Part shown: piece after piece, positions 41,325 through 55,165 of the stretch
Position numbering within the stretch: the stretch's first letter is position 1
Layout of the letters: each line of letters starts with the position of its first letter
Assembly: GCA_964016885.1 (NCBI GenBank)
Contig: OZ024751.1
Location: 24,614,001 to 24,678,000 of the forward strand
Length of the DNA: 64,000 bases
Direction of reading: 5' to 3'
Origin: Eledone cirrhosa
Taxonomy: Eukaryota
The notes under the pieces: model-generated
Database searches by the model: none
Told to the model about the DNA's origin: nothing
What the model saw: only the letters and a program-made list of their open reading frames with translations
Made by a program: the position numbers and the translations under genes

Positions 41325-42607
41325 CAGCTGAGATATACCACCTAGACTGGGGTGTAGAGTATCTCACTCACTACTGCAGCTGAGATATACCACCTAGACT
41401 GGGGTGTAGAGTATCTCACTCACTACTGCAGCTGAGATACACCACCTAGATTGTAGAGACCGTCACACCCTACCACAGCTGAGATATACCACCTAGGCAG
41501 GGGTGCAGAGTCTATCACATACAGCTAAGATATACCACCTAGACTGGGGTGTAAAGTCAACCACTTTCTCCCACAGCTGGTATATACCACCTAGACTGGG
41601 GTGTAGAGTCTGTCACTTCCTAATAAAGCGGAGATATACCACCTAGACTGGGGTGTAGAGTCTGTCACTTCCTAATAAAGCGGAGATATACCACCTAGAC
41701 TGGGGTGTAAAGTCAACCACTTTCTCCCACAGCTGGTATATACCACCTAGACTGGGGTGTAGAGTCTGTCACTTCCTAATAAAGCGGAGATATACCACCT
41801 AGACTGGGGTGTAGAGGCTACCACTCCCTACCACAGCTGAGATATACCTCCTAGACTGGGGTATAGAGTCTGTCACTTCCTAATAAAGCGGAGATATACC
41901 ACCTAGACTGGGGTGTAGAGTCTGTCACTTCCTAATAAAGCGGAGATATACCACCTAGATGTGGGTGTAGAGTCTGTCACTTCCTAATAAAGCGGAGATA
42001 TACCACCTAGACGTGGGTATAGAGTCTGTCACTTCCTAATAAAGCGGAGATATACCACCTAGACTGGGGTATAGAGTCTGTCACTTCCTAATAAAGCGGA
42101 GATATACCACCTAGACTGGGGTATAGAGTCTGTCACTTCCTAATAAAGCGGAGATATACCACCTAGATGTGGGTGTAGAGTCTGTCACTTCCTAATAAAG
42201 CGGAGATATACCACCTAGACGTGGGTATAGAGTCTGTCACTTCCTAATAAAGCGGAGATATACCACCTAGACTGGGGTATAGAGTCTGTCACTTCCTAAT
42301 AAAGCGGAGATATACCACCTAGACTGGGGTATAGAGTCTGTCACTTCCTAATAAAGCGGAGATATACCACCTAGATGTGGGTGTAGAGTCTGTCACTTCC
42401 TAATAAAGCGGAGATATACCACCTAGACGTGGGTATAGAGTCTGTCACTTCCTAATAAAGCGGAGATATACCACCTAGACTGGGGTATAGAGTCTGTCAC
42501 TTCCTAATAAAGCGGAGATATACCACCTAGACTGGGGTATAGAGTCTGTCACTTCCTAATAAAGCGGAGATATACCACCTAGATGTGGGTGTAGAGTCTG
42601 TCACTTC
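41325..42607. repeat. 52-bp minisatellite, ~25 copies
   Basis: gagatataccacctagactggggtatagagtctgtcacttcctaataaagcg. Confidence 0.95.
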
Positions 42608-43051
42608 CAAACACAGCGGAGAATAATAAATGTCTTTCTTTTACTTTTGTTCTCATTTTGACAAGGAAAGTGTGTAAAGTAAAGATATGAAGGAACAGCA
42701 GTGACTGTTTGTCCACCATATCTGGCCATGCTGGAGCTAACTTGGTAACAGCTTTCTCTCAATGAATCACCACCACATAAGGTCACTTTTGATAGTTATG
42801 TTTATATAATGGTCATGAATGAGTCTGTGGTCAGGTATACACACACGCACACTAACGCCGAAATTAACATACATATATATAGAAATATATGTATGTGTTG
42901 CTGTGTTGAATACGACCCGTCCCACCCTTGCAAGCAGGGAAAAGCAGACGTAAAATGATGATGATGATGATGATGAAACATGACTATATATGTGAGTCTA
43001 AGACACCAAACAGGTAGTAACAATTGGTGGATGAATGGAGGAATGACTGAC

Positions 43052-43084
43052 CTACTGCTGGCGACCACAGCAGATCAATACCAG
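43052..43084 (-). CDS. Candidate 33-nt exon (GIDLLWSPAV, phase 1-1)
   Basis: caacag| acceptor and G|GTCAGT donor in a unique island. Confidence 0.3.
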   Translation of the reverse strand: MVLICCGRQQ

Positions 43085-43897
43085 CTGTTGCACACTTGCA
43101 CACACACACACATGCATAGAGACATACATCATCATGCACACACACATTCACATATATACACATACACAATCAGATGCATGCACACACAGACAGACACATA
43201 CATACGCATATATACACATACATATATAGACAAACGCATACATATACACACACACGCATATACACACTCTCACACACATATACACATCAATGCATGCATA
43301 CATACATACACACACACATAGACATGCACACACATATACATCAACTTATATATATATATATATACACACACACATACATCAACACACACATATATACACA
43401 CATACATATATACATACACACATAAATCAACACACACATGTATACATACACACATACATATATATATATATGCACAGACACATACATATATACAGCCATA
43501 CACATACATCAACACACACATATATATACACCCATACGCATACATCAACACAGGTATGTCAAGTCTTGCCTCTGTAAAACATCACCAATGCCTAGCAACA
43601 TATTTTTCACCTGAGAAACTCAATGAAATATTGATAAAGCAACAAAGTCTGTTAACAGAATGACTGCACTATTTACCATAATAATATGCCTTGTGTTTGT
43701 ATCTCTATATATATATGTGAAGGCACAAGGCTTAGTGGTTAGAGCATTGGGCTTGCAATCGAAAGTTTGTGACTTCAATTCTCCAACCGGGTGATGTGTT
43801 GTTTCCTTGAGCAAGACACTTTATTTCACATTGCTCCAGTTTACTCAGCTGTAGAAATGAGATGAAAGGACTGGGGTCCATATCACTCCACTGTAAA

Positions 43898-44212
43898 GTT
43901 ACCATGTTCTATAATAGCAGTTACCATGTTCTATGATAACAGTTACCATGTTCTATAATAACAGTTACCATGTTCTATAATAACAGTTACCATGTTCTAT
44001 AATAACAGTTACCATGTTCTGTAATAACAGTTACCATGTTCTGTAATAACAGTTACCATGTTCTATGATAACAGTTACCATCTTCTATAATAACAGTTAC
44101 CATGTTCTATAATAACAGTTACCATGTTCTATAATAACAGTTACCATGTTCTATGATAACAGTTACATGTTCTATAATAACAGTTACCATGTTCTATGAT
44201 AACAGTTACCAT
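43898..44212. repeat. 22-bp minisatellite, ~14 copies
   Basis: gttaccatgttctataataaca. Confidence 0.95.
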
Positions 44213-44240
44213 CATTGAACTCTCCCCTCAAGATCCTAAC

Positions 44241-44321
44241 AGCAATTCTTCTTGTCTTTCTTTTTCATTTGCTGGAAAGTGAGATTTCGGATGAACCCTA
44301 AACCGATTTGTTACCATATTT
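44241..44321 (-). CDS. Candidate upstream exon (NMVTNRFRVHPKSHFPANEKERQEEL)
   Basis: Acceptor gtgtctttctttag|, one open frame, donor CT|GTTAGG. Linkage to the downstream exons is not established. Confidence 0.4.
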
Positions 44322-44689
44322 CTAAAGAAAGACACTGACTGTAATTTACAAATAATTTTGTTGTTGGCCCTTGTCCACAGGGTGCAGCCCGAATACTGCC
44401 GTGCCCTAGGCCTAGAGCCCACCACCCTCCCCATCCCCATTCTTCTGTGACCCTACAGCCTTTTCTTTTCCCTTCCTTTTCTGTTTTCATTATGATAAAG
44501 AACAGGATATATTTTGAAAATAATCAACAATTTGGAGCAATGGAGTAATGTAATTAATTTTCAGAAAATTAAAAAATCCTAAATGTAAAAAATAAGTCTA
44601 ACTACAGTCAATTGCTATAAATAATAGCTTAGAAAATCATGTAAAATGTCCCCGTAGACAGAACATAGTGGGTAACAGCTGCTATGAAG

Positions 44690-45295
44690 TATTGAACTCT
44701 ATGTCTTTCAAATTTGGGCTGAGCATGCTAAATCATTGAGTTAAACAACCCCTGGTAATTACCAAGCTGGAGTTTGAATTATAATTTATCAGCTGGCTCC
44801 CCATTGCAATTGGAGCCAGCCGGCCTTGACCACTGAGATGGCAAGTGCCCTGATGGATTACCTTCTTCCTATTTGAAGGAGGTAGCTCCCTCATCTGGGG
44901 AGCATCTCACGTTGTGACACATTCCCCGCCTTCAACTTAGTTGCTTCAGCCACAAACCCTGGTACTGTGGCCCAAAATGCAGAGGACAGGAAAATAATCA
45001 AATAGCGGAGATTGTCCGGCTGCCATAAAGGCCTCGGGCATACTTGGACCCCATACTGCAGAGCTCCTCAGCAAGATCGGAACGTCAGCAGTCTATCTGA
45101 GGAAGGAACCTCACAAGGTGGGGTGGACGTTGTAGCGGGTGTCACTGGCCATTGTCTGCAAGAATGCTTTTGCAGTCTTGTCCACGGGGCACAGCCTCAA
45201 TACCGCTGAATCCTAGGCCTAGATCCCATCACCCTCCCCATTCTTCTGTGACCCTAGAGCTCTCACCTTTCCCTTCCTTTTCCATTTTCATAACC
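44690..45295 (+). mobile_element. Degenerate CRE-like RLE retrotransposon 3' part; second 3' end at 44365-44495
   Basis: LEPAGLDH*DGKCPDG...SLIWG...CDTF...GTVAQNAEDRKIIK*; duplicated 3' UTR. Confidence 0.7.
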
Positions 45296-45813
45296 ACAAA
45301 AGACACTTGCATTTTTTACTATAAAATATTCAGAAATTTATCAAATAAGCCATTTTGTATTTTAGAACAAAGTGAGATTTTAGGTGGTTTTGTAGCAAAA
45401 GGGTTTTTTTTAAAAAATAAACAGAAACCCAAATAGAATTAGGAAATACATAACTATCACATACTACTCTCCCCCACCCATCTCTCCTTTCTACCACTCC
45501 CCAACTAATTTAACCCTTTAGCATTCACATTACTCTATATATACTATTATATTTTCATGCTAAAGGCTTTACTTCACATAATTATCTCACATAATATCGA
45601 ATCTATGAGATTTTGAAAGTATTTATTTTGAGAACAATACCTTAACATCAGTATGAGTGACCAGTTACAGCCAGTTTCAACAGAAAAAGGTAGAGAATTC
45701 TGGCCGGTTTGAAGACTAAAGGGTTAAGTGGTTTATTTAGGGAACATATGGAATATATTTTGTCTGAATCTCTCAGTTTACCTTAGCAGTGAGAACAACA
45801 AAAGCAATACCAA

Positions 45814-45875
<62 letters not shown>

Positions 45876-47287
45876 ACACCAGCAACAACAACACCAGCAA
45901 CAATAACACCAGCAACAACAACAGCAGCAACAACAACACCAGCAACAACAGCAGCAGCAACAATAACACCAGCAACAACAACAGCAGCAACAACAACACC
46001 AGCAACAACAACAGCAGCAACAATAACAGAGACTGCAACAACAACTACAATAATGATAACAACAGAAACAACAGTCACAACTTCAACAGCAGCGACATCA
46101 ACAGCAGCGACAATGACAACAATAACAATAGAGACAACAGCAACAACCTGCAGTGGTGGTGGTGGTGGTGGTAGTAGTGGTGGTGGTGATGGTGGTAGTG
46201 GTGGTGGTGGTGGTAGTGGTGGTGGTGGTGGTAGTGGTGGTAGTGGTGGCGGTGGTAGTACTGGTGGTGGTGGTAGTGGCGGTGGTGGTGGTAGTGGAGG
46301 TGGTGGTGGTGGTGGTGGTGGTGGTGGTGGTGGAGGTGGTGGTGGTAGTGGAGGTGGTGGTGGTGGTGGTGGTGGTGGTGGTAGTGGTGGTGGTAGTAGT
46401 GGTGATGGTGGTAGTGGTGGTGGTGGTGGTGGTGGTAGTAGTGGTGGTGGTGGTGGTGGTGGTAGTAGCGGTGGTGGTGGTAGTGGTGGTGGTTGTAGGG
46501 GTAGAACAACAGAGAGAGAGTGGAGACAGAGAGCGAGTGTGGAGTGAAAGAGAGACAGATAGAGAGAAATGAAAGAGAGTAAGAGAAATAGGGAAGAGGG
46601 AGAGAGATGAAAGAGAGTAAGAGAAATAGGGAGGAGAGAGAGAGACATTAAAGAGAGTAAAAGAAATAGGGAGCGAGAGAGAGAGAAATAAAAGAGAGTA
46701 AGAGAAAGAGGGAGGGGAGAGAGAGAAATGAAAGAGAGTAAGAGAAATAGGGAGGAGAGAGAGAGAGAGAGAAATGAAAGAGAGTAAGAGAAATAGGGAG
46801 GAGAGAGAGAGAGAGAGAGAAATGAAAGAGAGTAAGAGAAATAGGGAGGGAGAGAGAGAGAGAAATGAAAGAGTGTAAGGGAAAGAGGGAGGGGAGAGAG
46901 AGAAAGTAGTGAAAACTGATTAGAATTAGTGGGACAAAAATAGAACTTGAGTGTGTATGTATGTGTATATATGTATGAGTGTGTATGAGTATATATGTGT
47001 GTGTGTATATGTATGTGTGTGAGTGTGTGTGTATATGTATATGTGTGAGTGCGTGTGTGTGTGTATATGTGTGAGTGTGTGTGTATGAGAGAGAGTGTGT
47101 GCATGTGTATACGAGTGTATGTATGTGTGTATGTGAGTGTGTGTGTGCGTGTGTATGCATGTGTGTATGCAAGTGTGTGTGAGTGTGTGTATGAGTGATG
47201 TTATGCTGGGCCAAGCCATGTGTTCTAGTTCAGTGGAAGTATTGATCATTAAAGCTGTCAGCAGAAGAGTGAGTCACCTTCTACAAT

Positions 47288-48202
47288 ACAACAACAGGGA
47301 CAACAACAGCAGCAACAGGGACAACAACAACAGGGACAACAACAACAACAGGGACAACAACAACAGAAGCAGGAACAGCAACAGGGACAACAGGGACAAC
47401 AACAACAGGGACAACAACAACAGGGACAACAACAACAACAGGGACAACAACAACAGAAGCAGGAACAGCAACAGGGACAACAACAACAACAGGGACAACA
47501 ACAACAGGAACAACAACAACAGGGACAACAACAACAGGGACAACAACAACAACAGGGACAACAACAACAACAGGGACAACAACAACAGGGACAACAACAA
47601 CAGGGACAACAACAACAACAATAGGGACAACAACAGCAGGGACAACAACAACAACAGGGACAACAACAACAGGGACAACAACAACAACAATAGGGACAAC
47701 AACAGCAGGGACAACAACAACAACAGGGACAACAACAGTAACAGCAGGGACAACAACAACAGCAGCAGAGATAACAACAACAACAACAACAGCAGCAGTG
47801 TGACAACAACAACAGCAGTGACAACAACAACAACAACTACAACAACAGCAGCAGAGATAACAACCACAACAGCAATAGGAATAACAACAACAACAACAGT
47901 GACAACAACAACAGCAGCAGCAGCAGCGATAACAACAACAACAATAACAGCAGCAGAGATAACAACAACAACAACAACTGCAGCAGAGATAACAACAACA
48001 ACAACAGCAGCTGCAGAGATAACAACAACAACAACAACAACAGCAGCAGAGATAACAACAACAACAGCAGCAGCAGAGATAACAACAACAACAGCAGCAG
48101 CAGCAGAGATAACAACAACAACAACAGCAGCGACGACAACAACAACAGCAGCAGGGATAACAACAACAAAAACAGAAACAGCCACAATGGCAACAACAAC
48201 AA
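47288..48202. repeat. (AAC)n-derived repeat field; similar field at 45793-46150
   Basis: agggac(aac)n followed by gcagagat(aac)n units. Confidence 0.9.
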
Positions 48203-49044
48203 GATTCCATAATAATTGTTTCTACTTCAGTCACAAGGCCAGCAATTTAAAGGGACGGAGGAAGTTGATTAAATCGATGCCAGTACATTACTGGTACTTT
48301 ATTTTATCGACCCCGAAAGGATGAAAGGCAAGGCTAACGTAACCCTATCCCACAAAACAGTGTCCAACACTCTACTGATACAGCCAAGATTCCCTAATAA
48401 TAATTGTTTCTACTTTAGGCACAAGGCCAGCAATTACTCAGTGCATTACTGGTACTTTATTTCATCGACCCCGTAAGGATGAAAGGCAAAGTTAACCTCG
48501 GCGGGATTTCAACTCAGATCGTAAAGGACTGCAACTCTATACAATATATAGCATATTATCTGATGCATTACCGTCTCTGCCAATCCAATGATTTCATTAT
48601 TAGCCACACAAGGTTTACATTAAGAAAACATTAAACACGGCACAGGACGGTACAAATAATTCTCTCTTTTATTGGTCCCAAAGTCCCAGGGTTTGGGGGA
48701 CAATGCAGGGATGAATTACAACAGAATGTGGGGTTAATATCAAGTAAACTGGTTAGAAGTCAATAAAACCAATAAATGTATCAATAAATTTCCAAGACAA
48801 AATTTCAGTTGGGGTGGAGACCACCTAGGGTAATTCAGGGGCTAAAACCCCTTAAAGATCTGGATTACTTTGTTTTACCAAAGACTTTAAAAGTACCCTT
48901 TCCCTGTTCCTTTCCTCCTGTCTTAAAAAAGCACAACCAGTGTAGACCAATACAGCCCTGTAAATCTCACTGCTCTCAACCACCTTTCATAGAACACTCT
49001 AGAAGACAGAACCTCCTTCTCCTCCATCAATTTTCTCTTTAAGT

Positions 49045-49505
49045 GGTCCTCTCTCTCTCTCATCTGTACAGTCCTGTCTACTAAGGTATCCTCTCACTCA
49101 CCTGTACAGTCCTGTCCACTAAGATGTTCTCTCTCACCTGTACAGTCCTGTCTACAAGATGTCTGCTCTCACCTGTAGTCATGTCCACTAAGGTATCCTC
49201 TCTCACCTGTATAGTCCTGTCTACTAAGGTATCCTCTCTCTCACCTGTACAGTCCTGTTCACTACGGTATCCTCTCTCACCTGTACAGTCCTGTCCACTA
49301 AGATGTTCTCTGTCACCTGTACAGTCCTGTCCACTAAGGTATCCTCTCACCTGTACAGTCCTGTCCACTAATATGTCCTCTCTCACCTGTACAGTTCTGT
49401 CCACTAAAGTGTCCTCTCTCACCTGTACAGTCCTGTCCACTAAGGTATCCTCTCTCACCTGTATAGTCCTGTCAACTAAGATGTACTCTCTCACCTGTAC
49501 AGTAC
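49045..49505 (-). repeat. 36-bp minisatellite, ~12 copies, reverse orientation
   Basis: ctctctcacctgtacagtcctgtccactaaggtatc. Confidence 0.95.
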
Positions 49506-49593
49506 TGTTGTTGTTATTACTGTTGTTGTTGTTGTTACTGTTGTTATTGATAAGGTCCCCACACTCTGCTGTTGTTGTTGTTGAGGCCACTAG

Positions 49594-49704
49594 GCACCAC
49601 TGTTGCCATCACTGTTAATAACAACCAATAGTAACAACAGCATGACATTGAGACAGGAAATAAATGACATAATCGATAGGTGTGTAATAATTGGAATAAC
49701 AAAG
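49594..49704 (+). CDS. Candidate 111-nt exon (APLLPSLLITTNSNNSMTLRQEINDIIDRCVIIGITK) between inverted satellite arrays
   Basis: ccactag| acceptor, AAG|GTAAAC donor, phase 0-0 open frame. No homologue recognised. Confidence 0.3.
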
Positions 49705-49747
49705 GTAAACAACATACAGGTGACAGAGGTGGTGGAGGTAGGGCTGC

Positions 49748-52700
49748 GACTGTACAGGTGAGATAGGATACCTTAGTAGAAAGGACTGTACAGGTGAGAG
49801 AGGACACCTTAGTAGACATGACTGTACAGGTGAGAGAGAGGATACCTTAGTGGACAGGACTGTACAGGTGAGAGAGGATACCTTAGTAGACAGGACTGTA
49901 CAGGTGAGAGAGGACATCTTAGTAGACAGGACTGTACAGGTGAGAGAGAGGATACCTTAGTGGACAGGACTGTACAGGTGAGAGAGAGGATACCTTAGTG
50001 GACAGGACTGTACAGGTGAGAGAGGACATCTTAGTAGACAGGACTGTACAGGTGAGAGAGAGGATACCTTAGTAGAAAGGACTGTACAGGTGAGAGAGGA
50101 CATCTTAGTGGACAGGACTATACAGGTGAGAGAGGATACCTTAGTGGACAGGACTGTACAGGTGAGAGAGGATACCTTAGTAGACAGGACTGTACAGGTG
50201 AGAGAGGACATCTTAGTAGACAGGACTGTACAGGTGAGAGAGAGGATACCTTAGTGGACAGGACTGTACAGGTGAGATAGGATACCTTAGTAGAAAGGAC
50301 TGTACAGGTGAGAGAGGACACCTTAGTAGACATGACTGTACAGGTGAGAGAGGATACCTTAGTGGACAGGACTGTACAGGTGAGAGGGGACATCTTAGTA
50401 GACAGGACTGTACAGGTGAGAGAGGACATCTTAGTGGACAGGACTGTACAGGTGAGAGAGGACATCTTAGTAGACAGGACTGTACAGGTGAGAGAGAGGA
50501 TACCTTAGTGGACAGGACTGTACAGGTGAGAGGGGACATCTTAGTAGACAGGACTGTACAGGTGAGAGAGGACATCTTAGTAGACAGGACTGTACAGGTG
50601 AGAGAGAGGATACCTTAGTGGACAGGACTGTACAGGTGAGAGGGGACATCTTAGTAGACAGGACTGTACAGGTGAGAGAGAGGATACCTTAGTGGACAGG
50701 ACTGTACAGGTGAGAGGGGACATCTTAGTAGACAGGACTGTACAGGTGAGAGAGGACATCTTAGTGGACAGGACTGTACAGGTGAGAGAGGACATCTTAG
50801 TGGACAGGACTGTACAGGTGAGAGGGGACATCTTAGTAGACAGGACTGTACAGGTGAGAGAGGACATCTTAGTGGACAGGACTGTACAGGTGAGAGAGGA
50901 CATCTTAGTGGACAGGACTATACAGGTGAGAGAGGATACCTTAGTGGACAGGACTGTACAGGTGAGAGAGGATACCTTAGTAGACAGGACTGTACAGGTG
51001 AGAGAGGACATCTTAGTAGACAGGACTGTACAGGTGAGAGAGGATACCTTAGTAGACAGGACTGTACAGGTGAGAGAGGACATCTTAGTAGACAGGACTG
51101 TACAGGTGAGAGAGGATACCTTAGTGGACAGGACTGTACAGGTGAGAGAGGACATCTTAGTGGACAGGACTATACAGGTGAGAGAGGATACCTTAGTGGA
51201 CAGGACTGTACAGGTGAGAGAGGATATCTTAGTGGACAGGACTGTACAGGTGAGAAAGGATATCTTAGTGGACAGGACTGTACAGGTGAGAGAGGACATC
51301 TTAGTGGACAGGACTATACAGGTGAGAGAGGATACCTTAGTGGACAGGACTGTACAGGTGAGAGAGGATACCTTAGTAGACAGGACTGTACAGGTGAGAG
51401 AGGACATCTTAGTGGACAGGACTATACAGGTGAGAGAGGATACCTTAGTGGACAGGACTGTACAGGTGAGAGAGGATACCTTAGTAGACAGGACTGTACA
51501 GGTGAGAGAGGACATCTTAGTGGACAGGACTGTACAGGTGAGAGAGGATACCTTAGTGGACATGACTGTACAGGTGAGAGAGGACATCTTAGTGGACAGG
51601 ACTGTACAGGTGAGAGAGGATACCTTAGTGGACAGGACTGTACAGGTGAGAGAGGATACCTTAGTAGACAGGACTGTACAGGTGAGAGAGGATACCTTAG
51701 TGGACAGGACTGTACAGGTGAGAGAGGATACCTTAGTAGACAGGACTGTACAGGTGAGAGAGGACATCTTAGTAGACAGGACTGTACAGGTGAGAGAGGA
51801 TACCTTAGTAGACAGGACTGTACAGGTGAGAGAGGATACCTTAGTAGACAGGACTGTACAGGTGAGAGAGGATACCTTAGTAGACAGGACTGTACAGGTG
51901 AGAGAGGACATCTTAGTGGACAGGACTGTACAGGTGAGAGAGGATACCTTAGTGGACAGGACTGTACAGGTGAGAGAGGACATCTTAGTGGACAGGACTG
52001 TACAGGTGAGAGAGGATACCTTAGTGGACAGGACTGTACAGGTGAGAGAGGATACCTTAGTAGACAGGACTGTACAGGTGAGAGAGGATACCTTAGTGGA
52101 CAGGACTGTACAGGTGAGAGAGGATACCTTAGTAGACAGGACTGTACAGGTGAGAGAGGACATCTTAGTGGACAGGACTGTACAGGTGAGAGAGGATACC
52201 TTAGTGGACATGACTGTACAGGTGAGAGAGGACATCTTAGTGGACAGGACTGTACAGGTGAGAGAGGATACCTTAGTGGACAGGACTGTACAGGTGAGAG
52301 AGGATACCTTAGTAGACAGGACTGTACAGGTGAGAGAGGATACCTTAGTAGACAGGACTGTACAGGTGAGAGAGGATACCTTAGTAGACAGGACTGTACA
52401 GGTGAGAGAGGATACCTTAGTAGACAGGACTGTACAGGTGAGAGAGGATACCTTAGTAGACAGGACTGTACAGGTGAGAGAGGATACCTTAGTGGACAGG
52501 ACTGTACAGGTGAGAGAGGATACCTTAGTAGACAGGACTGTACAGGTGAGAGAGGACATCTTAGTAGACAGGACTGTACAGGTGAGAGAGGATACCTTAG
52601 TGGACAGGACTGTACAGGTGAGAGAGGATACCTTAGTGGACAGGACTGTACAGGTGAGAGAGGATACCTTAGTAGACAGGACTGTACAGGTGAGAGAGGA

Positions 52701-54748
52701 TACCTTAGTGGACAGGACTGTACAGGTGAGAGAGGACATCTTAGTAGACAGGACTGTACAGGTGAGAGAGGACATCTTAGTAGACAGGACTGTACAGGTG
52801 AGAGAGGATACCTTAGTAGACAGGACTGTACAGGTGAGAGAGGACATCTTAGTAGACAGGACTGTACAGGTGAGAGAGGATACCTTAGTGGACAGGACTG
52901 TACAGGTGAGAGAGGATACCTTAGTAGACAGGACTGTACAGGTGAGAGAGGATATCTTAGTGGACAGGACTGTACAGGTGAGAAAGGATACCTTAGTAGA
53001 CAGGACTGTACAGGTGAGAGAGGATATCTTAGTGGACAGGACTGTACAGGTGAGAGAGAGGATATCTTAGTGGACAGGACTGTACAGGTGAGAGAGGATA
53101 CCTTAGTGGACAGGACTGTACAGGTGAGAGAGAGGATATCTTAGTGGACAGGACTGTACAGGTGAGAGAGGATACCTTAGTGGACAGGACTGTACAGGTG
53201 AGAGAGGATATCTTAGTGGACAGGACTGTACAGGTGAGAGAGAGGATATCTTAGTGGACAGGACTGTACAGGTGAGAGAGGATACCTTAGTGGACAGGAC
53301 TGTACAGGTGAGAGAGGATACCTTAGTAGACAGGACTGTACAGGTGAGAGAGGATATCTTAGTGGACAGGACTGTACAGGTGAGAAAGGATACCTTAGTA
53401 GACAGGACTGTACAGGTGAGAGAGGATATCTTAGTAGACAGGACTGTACAGGTGAGAGAGGATACCTTAGTAGACAGGACTGTACAGGTGAGAGAGGATA
53501 CCTTAGTAGACAGGACTGTACAGGTGAGAGAGGATACCTTAGTAGACAGGACTGTACAGGTGAGAGAGGATATCTTAGTGGACAGGACTGTACAGGTGAG
53601 AAAGGATACCTTAGTAGACAGGACTGTACAGGTGAGAGAGAGGATACCTTAGTGGACAGGACTGTACAGGTGAGAGAGGATACCTTAGTAGACATGACTG
53701 TACAGGTGAGAGAGGATACCTTAGTGGACAGGACTGTACAGGTGAGAGAGGATACCTTAGTAGACAGGACTGTACAGGTGAGAGAGGACATCTTAGTAGA
53801 CAGGACTGTACAGGTGAGAGAGGATACCTTAGTAGACAGGACTGTACAGGTGAGAGAGGATATCTTAGTAGACAGGACTGTACAGGTGAGAGAGGATACC
53901 TTAGTAGACAGGACTGTACAGGTGAGAGAGGATACCTTAGTAGACAGGACTGTACAGGTGAGAGAGGATACCTTAGTAGACAGGACTGTACAGGTGAGAG
54001 AGGATACCTTAGTAGACAGGACTGTACAGGTGAGAGAGGATATCTTAGTGGACAGGACTGTACAGGTGAGAAAGGATACCTTAGTAGACAGGACTGTACA
54101 GGTGAGAGAGAGGATACCTTAGTGGACAGGACTGTACAGGTGAGAGAGGATACCTTAGTAGACAGGACTGTACAGGTGAGAGAGGATATCTTAGTGGACA
54201 GGACTGTACAGGTGAGAAAGGATACCTTAGTAGACAGGACTGTACAGGTGAGAGAGAGGATACCTTAGTGGACAGGACTGTACAGGTGAGAGAGGATACC
54301 TTAGTAGACAGGACTGTACAGGTGAGAGAGGATATCTTAGTGGACAGGACTGTACAGGTGAGAAAGGATACCTTAGTAGACAGGACTGTACAGGTGAGAG
54401 AGGATACCTTAGTAGACATGACTGTACAGGTGAGAGAGATGATACCTTAGTAGACATGACTGTACAGGTGAGAGAGGATACCTTAGTGGACAGGACTGTA
54501 CAGGTGAGAGAGGATACCTTAGTGGACAGGACTGTACAGGTGAGAGAGAGGATACCTTAGTGGACAAGAATGTACAGGTGAGAGAGGATACCTTAGTAGA
54601 CAGTACTGTACAGGTGAGAGAGGACATCTTGTAGACAGGACTGTACAGGTGAGAGAGAGGATACCTTAGTAGACAGGACTGTACAGGTGAGAGAGGATAC
54701 CTTAGTGGAGAGGACTGTACAGGTGAGAGAAGAGATCTTAGTGGACTG
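49748..54748 (+). repeat. 36-bp minisatellite, ~138 copies
   Basis: ttagtRgacaggactgtacaggtgagagaggaYaYc; occasional 38-bp variants. Confidence 0.98.
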
Positions 54749-55165
54749 TGCTCAGGTGCACTTCAACTCATCAAAGGTGCATGTATAGTACATAGAATAA
54801 TGTACAAATATATATGTCGGAAATGTGAACGGTGTATGAGTCATAATATACACACAGACACACACACATACGTTCGTATGTAAGAAGGGGGAATATCATG
54901 TGTAGCTTAGCAAATTTTGGGAAGCATGGCCATTCTGAAGGATGCAGTGTCCCGACAGCTAACAACTGATGCAGGTAGTTTGATCCATGCTTCAGCAATT
55001 CTGAGCATGAAAAAATGTTTCTGAAAGTCATGCGAGCTGTACTGTTTTCTGATTGTGTAAGTATGTCCACGGGTGTTAGACATATGGAATTTAAAAAGGT
55101 GCTTAGGGTTGTTAATTGAAAGACGGTTAATAATCTTGTGGGTGTCTACCAAGTCAGTTGCCAGA
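54746..55165 (-). mobile_element. CR1-like LINE 3' end; 3' UTR copy at 62505-62605 (+)
   Basis: NTRGHTYTIRK...HFFMLRIAEAWIKLPASVV. Confidence 0.85.

Noticed and set aside
41325-41860. CRISPR-like look: constant ~30-bp block with variable ~22-bp spacers
   Set aside because: The spacers are related to one another and become identical further along. The context is eukaryotic and there are no cas genes.
41214-42826. Joining two islands gives DLMWWNYLSGFCDG, reminiscent of DIRS-type RT/RNase H
   Set aside because: It requires an assumed splice and no other DIRS motifs are present. Probably coincidence.
43718-43795. tRNA-like sequence
   Set aside because: It is the degenerate head of SINE family B, not a cloverleaf-competent tRNA gene.
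50577-53070. 792-aa and 756-aa ORFs on opposite strands (VDRTVQVREDTL / SSLTCTVLSTKV repeats)
   Set aside because: These are the stop-free frames of a 36-bp satellite. The 38-bp variants break the frame repeatedly and there is no unique domain.
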